This document shows positions 31,046 through 39,716 of a stretch of 64,000 nucleotides of DNA, piece by piece. This DNA is from an uncultured euryarchaeote (GTDB lineage Archaea > Thermoplasmatota > Poseidoniia > Poseidoniales > Thalassarchaeaceae). The DNA is taken from NCBI GenBank assembly GCA_937911265.1, contig CALDRG010000023.1, positions 2,959 to 66,958 of the forward strand, given 5' to 3'. The first letter of the stretch is position 1, and each line of letters starts with the position of its first letter. Both the position numbers and the translations under genes were made by a program. The notes beneath the pieces were generated by a model. That model did no database searches. It was not told the DNA's origin and saw only the letters and a program-made list of their open reading frames with translations.

Positions 31046-31405
31046 ATGCGACTGCTGTTTGTCTGTGTCGGCAACACCTGTCGCAGTCAGATGGCCGAGG
31101 CTGTAGCCAAGCATATGGGTCACGAGGCTCAATCCGCTGGAACGAGCCCCGGTTCTGTAGTGGCACAGGACGCGATTAAGGCGACCGGAGAGGCCGGCAT
31201 AGAAATGAGCGACCAGTACCCAAAATCGATCGATGATATCGTTACCACAGGTTTCGACCGGATAGTCAGCATGGGCTGTGGTGTCGAATGTCCGACCCTA
31301 CCACTGGACGACGATTGGGGACTTGAGGACCCGGTGGGCCGGGGTGAGGCTTTCTACAGAAAAACTCTCGAAGAAATCAAGCATCGGCTCCTAACGCTGG
31401 ACTGA
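31046..31405 (+). CDS. low-molecular-weight phosphotyrosine phosphatase / ArsC-like arsenate reductase
   Basis: LLFVCVGNTCRSQMAEA CX5R P-loop at the N-terminus. 119 aa. Confidence 0.7.
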   Translation: MRLLFVCVGNTCRSQMAEAVAKHMGHEAQSAGTSPGSVVAQDAIKATGEAGIEMSDQYPKSIDDIVTTGFDRIVSMGCGVECPTLPLDDDWGLEDPVGRGEAFYRKTLEEIKHRLLTLD

Positions 31406-31451
31406 GATAAACCGACGCTTAGAAAAGCGATTCTAGTTTCCCAGATTCCGC

Positions 31452-31523
31452 ACGAGTGTAGTGTAGTGGTTATCACCGGGCGTTGCCAACGCCTGAACCC
31501 GGGTTCAAATCCCGGCACTCGTA
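31452..31523 (+). tRNA. tRNA-Gly (anticodon GCC)
   Basis: Manual cloverleaf: acceptor ACGAGTG/CACTCGT, U8A9, D-arm GTGT-AGTGGTTA-TCAC, anticodon arm GGGCG-TTGCCAA-CGCCT, T-arm CCGGG-TTCAAAT-CCCGG, discriminator A, genomically encoded CCA. Confidence 0.75.
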
Positions 31524-31607
31524 CCATTCGATTGTTCCAGATGCCTTCAAATCGGTCGCAGAGACGACTTCGACAGATTCAATATGTAATGCCCATGACT
31601 CCACTTC

Positions 31608-31952
31608 ATGAAAGAATTCAGAATCAACATGAGTGATGAACCCGGTTCTCTAGCTGAGCTTTGCGAGACTATCGCTTCGAAAGATGTCAACATATTGACT
31701 ATCGTTGCAATATCGGGCGAATTTGCATCTGCTGCAATCTTGACCGACAACGCAGATGCCACCTCTGTGGCGCTTGATGAAATGGGTGCTGAATACTCGG
31801 TAGCAGATCTCAAGTCAGCCAAGTTGAATCACAAGCCGGGCTCACTGGCCGCCTTCACCAGAGGGATGGGTAACTCCGGGGTCAACCTCACATCGCTGTA
31901 CGTCATGTCAATAGACGGCGACAGCGCCACCATCGGTTACACTACTGACTGA
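31608..31952 (+). CDS. ACT-domain protein
   Basis: 114 aa. DEPGSLAELCETIASKDVNIL and a second GSLAAFTRGMGNSGVNL half. ACT-like regulatory fold. Stop codon 6 nt upstream of a tRNA. Confidence 0.5.
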   Translation: MKEFRINMSDEPGSLAELCETIASKDVNILTIVAISGEFASAAILTDNADATSVALDEMGAEYSVADLKSAKLNHKPGSLAAFTRGMGNSGVNLTSLYVMSIDGDSATIGYTTD

Positions 31953-31957
31953 TGCAA

Positions 31958-32029
31958 GCGGACATGGTCTAGTGGTTATGACAGTAGGTTCCCAACCTGC
32001 TAACCCGGGTTCAACTCCCGGTGTCCGCA
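31958..32029 (+). tRNA. tRNA-Gly (anticodon CCC)
   Basis: Acceptor GCGGACA/TGTCCGC, anticodon arm GTAGG-TTCCCAA-CCTGC, T-arm CCGGG-TTCAACT-CCCGG, discriminator A + CCA. Confidence 0.75.
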
Positions 32030-32090
32030 CCAATCACACGCGTGGGGGTTTAGCAACGCTAATGCGCAAATCAGAATTCGCACGGCCACA

Positions 32091-32165
32091 GGGCCCGTGG
32101 GTTAGCTTGGCCTATACTTGGCGCTTCGGGGGCGTTAGACCTCAGTTCAAATCTGGGCGGGCCCA
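32091..32165 (+). tRNA. tRNA-Pro (anticodon CGG), 75 nt with enlarged D-loop
   Basis: Acceptor GGGCCCG/CGGGCCC, anticodon arm GGCGC-TTCGGGG-GCGTT (G37), T-arm CTCAG-TTCAAAT-CTGGG, A73 + CCA. D-arm pairing is imperfect, so the isotype is less certain than the tRNA call itself. Confidence 0.6.
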
Positions 32166-32170
32166 CCACT

Positions 32171-33070
32171 TCAGTAATGGCCGATAGTAGACAGGCAACG
32201 TTCGACCTTCTCTCCGCTGGTCCAGTCGTAGATGCCCTTCCCGGTTTTCTTGCCAAGATTACCTGCCTCGACCAGTTGGCCAAGCAAAGGATGCGGCCTG
32301 TAACTCTCGTCATCGAAGGCATCGGCGAGATTGTTGAGTATGTCACGTCGCACATCCAGGCCCACGAGGTCGCTGAGTTCCAGGGGCCCCATCGGGTGCC
32401 GATAGCCTAGGCGCATCGCGTTGTCGATATCATTTGCAGAGGCAACTCCTTCAGCCAGCATGCGTACGGCTTCATTACCAAGTACGACACCGAGTCGACT
32501 AGTCGCAAAACCAGGTACATCGCGCACTAGGATGGTCGTTTTACCCATCGCAGAACCGATTGATTGCGCAGCTGCGATGGTCTCCTCGGAGACAGCGTTG
32601 TGGCGAACCAGTTCGAGCAGGCTCATCAGTGGAACTGGATTGAAGAAGTGCATCCCTATGACCCTATCTGGACAACCCGTCGATTGTGCTATCTCTGAGA
32701 TTGGTAGTCCTGAGGTGTTGGTCGCGAGCATCGCGTGACTTGGTGCTAGGCGCTCCAGTTCGGCGAAGATCTCCTGCTTCAACTGCATACTCTCCGGAAC
32801 TGCCTCGATGATGAGGTCGGCGTCTTCGACCGCCTCAGTCAAGTCATTGACGCCTCTCAGGTTTCTCGACCACTCGGCCTTCTGATCGGATGTGGTCTTG
32901 CCCCGCTCGATGCCTTTGTCCCAAAAAGCCTCGATTGCATCCATCCCCTTGGTAAGGCCTTCTGGAAACGCATCGTACAAACGGGTCTTCCACCCGGTCT
33001 GGGCGCAAACTTGAGCTATCCCTGCGCCCATAGTCCCAGCGCCGATGACGGCGACGCTCCGGACATCCAT
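32171..33070 (-). CDS. 3-hydroxyacyl-CoA dehydrogenase (3-hydroxybutyryl-CoA dehydrogenase-like)
   Basis: VAVIGAGTMGAGIAQVCAQTGWKTRLYD Rossmann motif plus C-terminal 3HCDH domain. Start at MDVRSV after GGAGT. Confidence 0.8.
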   Translation of the reverse strand: MDVRSVAVIGAGTMGAGIAQVCAQTGWKTRLYDAFPEGLTKGMDAIEAFWDKGIERGKTTSDQKAEWSRNLRGVNDLTEAVEDADLIIEAVPESMQLKQEIFAELERLAPSHAMLATNTSGLPISEIAQSTGCPDRVIGMHFFNPVPLMSLLELVRHNAVSEETIAAAQSIGSAMGKTTILVRDVPGFATSRLGVVLGNEAVRMLAEGVASANDIDNAMRLGYRHPMGPLELSDLVGLDVRRDILNNLADAFDDESYRPHPLLGQLVEAGNLGKKTGKGIYDWTSGEKVERCLSTIGHY

Positions 33071-33074
33071 TCGA

Positions 33075-33635
33075 TTACTCCCTGCCGTAGGCCGCAAGCG
33101 CGGCTTGGAATAGCCGCTGGCGAGGCACGTCGTGCTCTAGGAAACAAGTGAATGGAGCGACGTCCTTCAGTAACTCGATGGCGCTGACATAGGCGCCGTA
33201 GACGAATGGATTAGCTGATTCTGTCGCAGGGATTTCGATTCCGAGCTTGACCAGTCCCTTGCGGGTGTCTTCGTCCCAGATTGTGTAAGTATGGTTGGTG
33301 AAGTGGAGGTAGGCGGACAGTCTGCGCAGATCCGATCTAGCCTTCTCGGTAAAGCTCTCTATCAGAAGTGTGTCAGGATACCTAATGGCGTACAACGCCA
33401 ATATGACCTCCCTCTGGGTCTCCTCGCTCCAGTCACGCTCTGTTAGGCCCATCCAAGAATCAATCATGTCGAGCATCTCGGGGGTGTACGGTCTGCGGAT
33501 CATGTACAGTAGTTCCTCGTAACCCTCTGCATCTCCCTCCTCGGAGTGATGGTGCTGGTGGAAGTATTCGGGCAATCTTTCAAAGAACGGCCCGCACCGC
33601 TCCTTGTCAAATGATATCAGCGCGACGTGCTGCAT
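33075..33635 (-). CDS. hypothetical protein (His-rich N-region), operon partner of the diiron oxygenase
   Basis: 186 aa with no recognised motif. 4-nt gap to the downstream gene and 20 nt to the upstream gene on the same strand. Confidence 0.4.
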   Translation of the reverse strand: MQHVALISFDKERCGPFFERLPEYFHQHHHSEEGDAEGYEELLYMIRRPYTPEMLDMIDSWMGLTERDWSEETQREVILALYAIRYPDTLLIESFTEKARSDLRRLSAYLHFTNHTYTIWDEDTRKGLVKLGIEIPATESANPFVYGAYVSAIELLKDVAPFTCFLEHDVPRQRLFQAALAAYGRE

Positions 33636-33654
33636 ATCAAGGCCTCCAGCCGAA

Positions 33655-34797
33655 TCAGTCTCCCTTCCATTCTCGGTATTGAATCCATTCTTGTTGCATG
33701 TACTCGTTTACCAACTGATTCTCGTCCTCATCTGATGGGAGGACTGACGAGAGGTACTCCACCCAAGACTCTTCATCTCCTTCGAAATCCTCGCCGTGTA
33801 CGGTGTAGCGCTTGCCGGCGAACCTACCTATGCCTCGCTCGAACTTGTCAGAGGGGATGTAGAGTTCCGGCTCTCCATTCTTGCGAACTTTGCTGATTCT
33901 TCGCATCTCATCTCGAAGCTCTTGGAAGTACAACTCCCTGCTGGCTTCGTTCAGGTGCTCCCTGTCCGCATCCTCCCGTGCCTCACGCTCGTCGTAGCGG
34001 CCCTTGACCCCGTAGACGTATGCCCACTGGGCGCTCGCCGAGTCATCGGTCCCGAATAAATCGAGTCCGGTGCTCACCCACTTGTTGACATATTTCTGAA
34101 TGAGGTCACATGGAATGACGCCTTGCTTCACTATCCGACGCAGGCCGTTAGCTCCAGTTCCGAGGTGAAAAGACTCCTCCTTCAGCATTGGCCCCATGCT
34201 CGCAGCCAGCGGTTTGAACGCTGAGGTACTGAGCATCTTGAGTTGGTACTTGCCGTCACGATCAATGAAGTGGGTGAACATGAAGAAGTCGAGCCAGTGA
34301 TCAATTGGCTCGTTGAACGAGCCCAGTATCCTCGTCCCTTCCTGAGCGTTTCTCTCGAGCAGCTTGGCGGCTTCGCGAAGTCCCTGCTCGCCGAAGAATG
34401 TGCACAATAGGTAGGCCATCTGCCAGCCGTGTCGCTGCTCCTCGCACATGATTCGTAGAGCGGACTTACGGTCGTATTCGGTCGGAGCTGAGGCGAGCAG
34501 ATGATTCTGTTGCTCAACTGAGGCGAATTCGGTGTCGCCCTGAACACTGACCATATTGATAATCGCATCGCGAATGGTCTGCTGAGGAATCTGCATCCTG
34601 CGATCCCACTTCGGTTTGCCTACGAAGTCGCCGAACTCGATTTGGTTGCCAGCTGTATCCCAATCGAACTTGATGTCGAAGCGGTAGTCGCCGAGCCATG
34701 ATGGGTCGAAGCCTATTCTGGTCTGCCACTCGCTGAAGTCGTTAATCCACGTCTCGAAGTTCTGAGTGTAGTCCTTGACAATCTCTGCGTCTGCCAT
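33655..34797 (-). CDS. ferritin-like diiron-carboxylate oxygenase (PaaA/BoxB-like acyl-CoA epoxidase family)
   Basis: Two ExxH ligand motifs (CEEQRHG, KEESFHLG) in a helical ~380-aa protein. Embedded between CoA-ester hydratase and dehydrogenase genes. Confidence 0.45.
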   Translation of the reverse strand: MADAEIVKDYTQNFETWINDFSEWQTRIGFDPSWLGDYRFDIKFDWDTAGNQIEFGDFVGKPKWDRRMQIPQQTIRDAIINMVSVQGDTEFASVEQQNHLLASAPTEYDRKSALRIMCEEQRHGWQMAYLLCTFFGEQGLREAAKLLERNAQEGTRILGSFNEPIDHWLDFFMFTHFIDRDGKYQLKMLSTSAFKPLAASMGPMLKEESFHLGTGANGLRRIVKQGVIPCDLIQKYVNKWVSTGLDLFGTDDSASAQWAYVYGVKGRYDEREAREDADREHLNEASRELYFQELRDEMRRISKVRKNGEPELYIPSDKFERGIGRFAGKRYTVHGEDFEGDEESWVEYLSSVLPSDEDENQLVNEYMQQEWIQYREWKGD

Positions 34798-34867
34798 GCA
34801 ATATCGGCAGCGAGAACTGGTATATCAAACGCTGTATCGAAATTCGCACTCCTTAGAGTGCGTTCAT

Positions 34868-35707
34868 TTAATTCCCATCGAATTCGGGAACTTCCCTATT
34901 GACGTAGGCCGCAATCCCCTTCTTGGCATCGCCGCTCTGGAACAAGTCTGATTGCAATTCCCTCTCTAGGGCGAGATGGTACTCAAGAGGTATCTCCATC
35001 CCACTTTGGACGCTGCGCTTGATGTTCCCGATGGCCTTGCTGGCCGCATAGGGCAAAGTGAATTGTCCGGCGTAGTCAAGAGCATCTTGACGGAACTCAT
35101 CGAGACTGCCGGCCCAGACGTCATGAACTAGGTCCATTTCCTTGGCTTCCTCGTACGAGAACTTGCGTCCTGTAACCATTATCTCCATCGCCTTTGCCTT
35201 GCCGACTAGACGAGACAGTCTGGCAGTCCCTCCGGTGCCAGCGAGAACACCCAGAGATACCTCGGGCAAACCCACCTGGCCCGAGTCCTTGCGACCGATT
35301 CGGATGTCAGCTGCCATGGCGATCTCAAGGCCGCCTCCGACGGCGTGGCCATTGAGAGCGGCGATTACGAGCTTGGGCGTCTGCTCTAGCCTGCTTAGAG
35401 TCTCATTGGCATGGAGGCAGAAGAAGTACTTGAAGCCGGGAGTGACTGAGTCTAGCATGCTGATGCTGGCTCCGGCAGAGAAGAATTTCTCACCGTGCCC
35501 AGTCAGCATAATCACGGTGACATCATCGTCGAAGCGAGCCTTAAGCACGGCTTCATCGATGTCGCGCATCATCGAGTGAGTGTAGGTGTTCACGGGAGTC
35601 TTTCCCTTTGTGAGAGGTTCTCCAGCTGAATCCGAGCACAGTTCAATGACGGCTATCCCGTTGTCCGTCACTCCGTAGTTCACAAGGTTGTTCGTCATCG
35701 GCTCCAT
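34868..35707 (-). CDS. enoyl-CoA hydratase/isomerase family protein
   Basis: Crotonase fold (VTVIMLTGHGEKFFSAGASISML, ALNGHAVGGGLEIAMAADIR). Start set at internal MEPMTNNL. The ORF track extends to 35836. Confidence 0.7.
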   Translation of the reverse strand: MEPMTNNLVNYGVTDNGIAVIELCSDSAGEPLTKGKTPVNTYTHSMMRDIDEAVLKARFDDDVTVIMLTGHGEKFFSAGASISMLDSVTPGFKYFFCLHANETLSRLEQTPKLVIAALNGHAVGGGLEIAMAADIRIGRKDSGQVGLPEVSLGVLAGTGGTARLSRLVGKAKAMEIMVTGRKFSYEEAKEMDLVHDVWAGSLDEFRQDALDYAGQFTLPYAASKAIGNIKRSVQSGMEIPLEYHLALERELQSDLFQSGDAKKGIAAYVNREVPEFDGN

Positions 35708-35778
35708 TTCGGGCCAAGAGGTCATGCTAGCGCCACAGAGGGACGCCATATCAATCAAACGGAGTCGGAGGGACGCCT

Positions 35779-37005
35779 TTAGGCGTCGTTCTCGCCGAAA
35801 GACGTCTTTCCCCCGCCCTTGCGAACGAGGTTCCAATGTTCTGCAATTTCATCGCCTCTGGCGCTTGGTTCCCAGACGTCCCTAGAAAGTGCCTTCCTGA
35901 ATGGCATGCGACTAACCATCCTGCCGTCCGCGAGCCGTTTGCGCCTCAACATGCCGAGTCTGACTACTGGCCACAGCATTCTCCGAATTAGTCCAGGCTT
36001 GTACACCCAGCGCATGAACACGAGACCGTCCCCCTTCTTGCGCTGGTCACGCATCCAGTGATTAGCCACCATCTTGAATCCTCGATTACCAACTCTGTTC
36101 ATCAGGAAACGGTTGACGGCGCTAGCCCTGACAAGGGGGACGAGACGCCCCCTCACCTCGCTCTCGTAGTCGCACTCGCCTAGAACGGCCTTGGCGGCCA
36201 TAACGCCGCTGGTGACTGCGTAACGCATCCCAAAGCCCCACATGAAATCCTGTAGGCCACCCGCCTCGCCGACGTAGTAGCGGCCCTCGTGTACGTACTT
36301 GTCAGGCAGCGAGAAGTCACCTTTGCCGCCGACCCTCTTAATCGGTCTGCGGTTCAGGTCGTAGTGCTGTTCGTACCATGCGATGGTCTCGTTGAGGTGG
36401 CGCGAAGTCTTCTTCTGCTGGCGCCACAGACAGGTGCAAATCAGACCTATGCCATCGATGATGATGAGATAGGAGTAGGCCCCCGGAGCCAGTTTGTCAT
36501 TCAACTGGAAGGTGACGTGATTGGGATGGTCTGTGTGAAAGATCTCCCCGAACGCCACCGCACTGGACTCCTTCGGACCGGCGGCGATGATATGGCAGTC
36601 CTTGGGATCCCTGCGGGTATCGTAGTGGATTTCTGCGCCCGCATCGAGTGCCATCCGCTTGAAGCCCTGATCGATGCAATGTCCAGCAGTTCCACGCTCT
36701 ACGACACGAAAAGCGAGTCCTGAGGTTCGAGGTTGAGTTATTTCGTCGTCAGGGTGTACGAGGTCAATCACATCAAACGCATCGGACTTGAACTCCTCCG
36801 GGTCGAAGCCCCATTCTCGTATCTCATCGAAGAAGTCGGAGTCACTGGTCCAGTTCTCTATGCCTTGGAAATCACCGTCGAAACGAGCTCCACTATCCGA
36901 GCGGATCTCGTGTACATGCACCTCACGTCCCGCATTCGCGAGATAGGTAGCTGCAGCGAGGCCCGAGAGCCCTGCCCCTAGTATGTGGACTGGCTCGCTG
37001 CTCAT
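35779..37005 (-). CDS. FAD-dependent oxidoreductase, geranylgeranyl reductase family
   Basis: VHILGAGLSGLAAATYLANAGREVHVHE dinucleotide-binding motif. Basic C-terminal tail. Confidence 0.6.
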   Translation of the reverse strand: MSSEPVHILGAGLSGLAAATYLANAGREVHVHEIRSDSGARFDGDFQGIENWTSDSDFFDEIREWGFDPEEFKSDAFDVIDLVHPDDEITQPRTSGLAFRVVERGTAGHCIDQGFKRMALDAGAEIHYDTRRDPKDCHIIAAGPKESSAVAFGEIFHTDHPNHVTFQLNDKLAPGAYSYLIIIDGIGLICTCLWRQQKKTSRHLNETIAWYEQHYDLNRRPIKRVGGKGDFSLPDKYVHEGRYYVGEAGGLQDFMWGFGMRYAVTSGVMAAKAVLGECDYESEVRGRLVPLVRASAVNRFLMNRVGNRGFKMVANHWMRDQRKKGDGLVFMRWVYKPGLIRRMLWPVVRLGMLRRKRLADGRMVSRMPFRKALSRDVWEPSARGDEIAEHWNLVRKGGGKTSFGENDA

Positions 37006-37085
37006 GTTACTTCGACTTCAGGCCCTCCGCTTGAACGGTTGGGTCGCGTCCGTCGCGTTCAAGCGCAGCACCTTGATGGCTCTGC

Positions 37086-37508
37086 ATGGCTCACGTACGA
37101 GTACTCATCGAGTCCGAGCGACTCGACCCAGAGGAACTGCGGAAAATGCTCGCTATGGATGGCTGCGGCAGCGTAGTCTCCTTCGTAGGACTCACTCGAG
37201 GAGAGGACCATGGAGTGGCTGTCGAGCGACTAGAGTTCGACGCTTGGGAGGAAAGACTCCCAGAGGTACTGAACGAGCTCTCCGAGCAGGCTCTGGGCCA
37301 GTTCGGAGTGAGTTCGGTGGTGTTGGCCCACCGCACTGGTTCTGTCAGGCCAGGCGAACCCATAGTATGCATCCACGTCGGCTCACCCCATAGGGCCGAG
37401 GGCTTCGAGGCCTGTAGTTGGCTGATAGATGAGCTGAAGCGGCAGGCCCCGTTGTGGAAGAAGGAGATCCGGGCCGATGGTGAGATCTGGAAGGCCGGTC
37501 TTGGATGA
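37086..37508 (+). CDS. moaE: molybdopterin synthase catalytic subunit
   Basis: GSVVSFVGLTR...LEFDAWEE...HRTGSVRPGEPIVCIHVGSPHRAEGFEA...PLWKKE. Confidence 0.75.
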   Translation: MAHVRVLIESERLDPEELRKMLAMDGCGSVVSFVGLTRGEDHGVAVERLEFDAWEERLPEVLNELSEQALGQFGVSSVVLAHRTGSVRPGEPIVCIHVGSPHRAEGFEACSWLIDELKRQAPLWKKEIRADGEIWKAGLG

Positions 37509-38855
37509 TTATATCGTGTCCATCACACCACTGACACTGGCCACTGCTTCGGGCACGTTCGATGCTATCCCTTCGACCATCATCCAGCCGTGCCCCTTGA
37601 TCCCGTCGCCAACGAGGCGAACCCCCTCTATGCCGACATCCGAGGGTAGTTCAGCGCCCTGTGGGGCGCGATTGCAAGGCCAGTTCCTGTGGTAGGTGTG
37701 GACGCACAACTCTTCTCCATGGTCAGCGAGCCACGGGATGGCGTCGTAGAGATCCTCGCGCCCCTTCGTTATCTCCGATTTCACGCTCGGGTCCGGCACA
37801 TACTGGTGTGTGATCATCATGTGCTTGCCCTCAGGTGCGAGGCTCGGATCGGAAAAGGTCGGAATTACGTATCCGCCAACTCTTTCCAAGCCCGGCAGCA
37901 TGGTTACCCCACTGCCGCGGTGAGGAATATCGTCGTCTAGCGCGAACACGAAGCCGATGCCTCCGACTGCTTGAGTGTCACGGACCTGCTCTCTGATTCC
38001 CGTAGCTACCTCAAAGTCGTCCGAGAGCGCCTTGAGCAGGTTAGGGTGTCCGCCGTTGTGGATGATTGCATCGGCACCAACCCAAACCCCCTCATCCCGA
38101 CCGCGCCGCCTGATGCCGATGCAGAAGCGGTTTCCCTTGGTCGACTCCTCTGCATCGCCTGGCAGTATCTCGGTGATCTCATGGGACAGCTTGACGCGAG
38201 CCCCGTTCTCCCGCAGGTCGCTTCGTAGCCCGTCGATGACTCCCTTGCACCCTCCCTTGGGAACATGAGGACGGTCGAGCCAGAATGAGTTCTGAAGCAT
38301 CCTAACGACGGTCGAAGCAGGCATCTGCTCGAACCTCAGGCTGATGGCGAAGTTGGAGAATGCATCGACAAAGTCGATGAAGTCACTGGAGAAGTACCTC
38401 GACATCCAGGTCCTGCCGTCCTCAGTCTCGTTGCCCCATGGCCGTTTGGCGGGCTTCATCAACAGCCGTGGCAGGTTCAGAGTGTCCTTGAGCGAGAACC
38501 ACGGTAAGACCCCGTAGACCGAGTTTGCCCGCTGCAGTTTACCGTCTTTAAGCCGGCAGGCGAACTTGGTGGTTGGCAGGAAGTCGACCCCATGACGTCC
38601 CAAATCGAGCCCACCGTTTTTCCTCTTCCCGAGAATCAGTTTGGCGAAGGGGCCTTTCTTGCCGTGCGGAATCATGTGGACTGCGCCGGTTGGAATTTGA
38701 AAACCATCGTGGTCGTGCTGGGTGAACCTGCCACCGGCGAAAGACATCCTCTCGTAGACTGCGACATCGTACTTCTGTGTCTGTGCGAGACTTGCAGCTG
38801 ATGCCAGCCCTCCTACTCCGGCGCCGATGACCACTGCCTTCGCTCGCTCGCTCAT
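37509..38855 (-). CDS. phytoene desaturase-like FAD/NAD(P)-dependent oxidoreductase (CrtI family)
   Basis: KAVVIGAGVGGLASAASLAQTQKYDVAVYERMSFAGGR. 448 aa. Confidence 0.65.
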   Translation of the reverse strand: MSERAKAVVIGAGVGGLASAASLAQTQKYDVAVYERMSFAGGRFTQHDHDGFQIPTGAVHMIPHGKKGPFAKLILGKRKNGGLDLGRHGVDFLPTTKFACRLKDGKLQRANSVYGVLPWFSLKDTLNLPRLLMKPAKRPWGNETEDGRTWMSRYFSSDFIDFVDAFSNFAISLRFEQMPASTVVRMLQNSFWLDRPHVPKGGCKGVIDGLRSDLRENGARVKLSHEITEILPGDAEESTKGNRFCIGIRRRGRDEGVWVGADAIIHNGGHPNLLKALSDDFEVATGIREQVRDTQAVGGIGFVFALDDDIPHRGSGVTMLPGLERVGGYVIPTFSDPSLAPEGKHMMITHQYVPDPSVKSEITKGREDLYDAIPWLADHGEELCVHTYHRNWPCNRAPQGAELPSDVGIEGVRLVGDGIKGHGWMMVEGIASNVPEAVASVSGVMDTI

Positions 38856-38864
38856 CCTGCCACC

Positions 38865-39125
38865 TTAGGAGTACACTAGGGCTCCTGTCGGACACCAAAG
38901 AAGGCACCTCAGGCAGTCGGTGCAGTTATCCTCGATGACCTCGCAAAGCCCCTCGACGATTAACGCATCATCCTTACAGGCCATCAGACAGTAAGAGCAG
39001 CCGACACAGAGTTCGTCGATGACCTGCAGTTTGACACCGTCAGTGATAGGCCTGTCATGGGTGATGCCCGATTCTAGTTCGGGGACAGCGCCCGGAGTCG
39101 CTTTGTTTCGAAACGCCTCGGCCAT
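38865..39125 (-). CDS. 2x[4Fe-4S] ferredoxin
   Basis: CVGCSYCLMAC and CTDCLRCLLWCP Cys clusters. Sits 10 nt upstream of the CrtI-like gene on the same strand. Confidence 0.7.
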   Translation of the reverse strand: MAEAFRNKATPGAVPELESGITHDRPITDGVKLQVIDELCVGCSYCLMACKDDALIVEGLCEVIEDNCTDCLRCLLWCPTGALVYS

Positions 39126-39254
39126 GCCACCCCATTGCCGCCGACTATTTCAGATGTTATCCGCGAACTCACCATAACTACGACTCCGCCGATAGGCCGG
39201 TTTACTGAATAGTGATGATGAACTCGCGAGTACACAGGCGAGAGAGGCGATCGA

Positions 39255-39716
39255 TTGGACGAGAATTCGTGGACCGGGATAATCGATGTGGGATCTAAGC
39301 CCGTTGTCGCTCGCGAGGCGGTAGCCACTGGCCTGCTTGTCCTCTCCGAGAGAGGTATCGATGTCGTGGCAAACGGCCGCTCCCCAAAGGGCGATGTCAG
39401 AGAAGCCTCGACGGTAGCCGCTATTCAGGCGGTAAAGGAGACGCCCCGAACCTTACCTCACTGCCATCCAATTCCCATCGAGGGCTGCACGGTTGATTGG
39501 AGGGTAGAGGAGAACGGTCTGCGCTGTACAGTCTCCGTGCGCACTCACTGGACCACCGGGGTGGAGATGGAGGCACTGTGCGGAGTCAACGCAGGGCTGC
39601 TGTGTGCCTGGGACATGCTCAAGTCAATTGAGAAGGACTCCGAGGGGCAGTATCCGACTTCTACGATAGAAGGAGTACGGGTCCTGCGCAAGAGCAAGGG
39701 CGACCCGCATGATTGA
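39255..39716 (+). CDS. moaC: cyclic pyranopterin monophosphate synthase
   Basis: MoaC signatures (GVEMEALCGVNAGLL). Confidence 0.85.
   Translation: MDENSWTGIIDVGSKPVVAREAVATGLLVLSERGIDVVANGRSPKGDVREASTVAAIQAVKETPRTLPHCHPIPIEGCTVDWRVEENGLRCTVSVRTHWTTGVEMEALCGVNAGLLCAWDMLKSIEKDSEGQYPTSTIEGVRVLRKSKGDPHD

Noticed and set aside
33627-34059. Plus-strand ORFs 33627..33896 and 33796..34059 overlapping the diiron oxygenase gene
   Set aside because: Antisense to a gene with clear ferritin-like ExxH motifs, and have Cys/Arg-rich junk composition.
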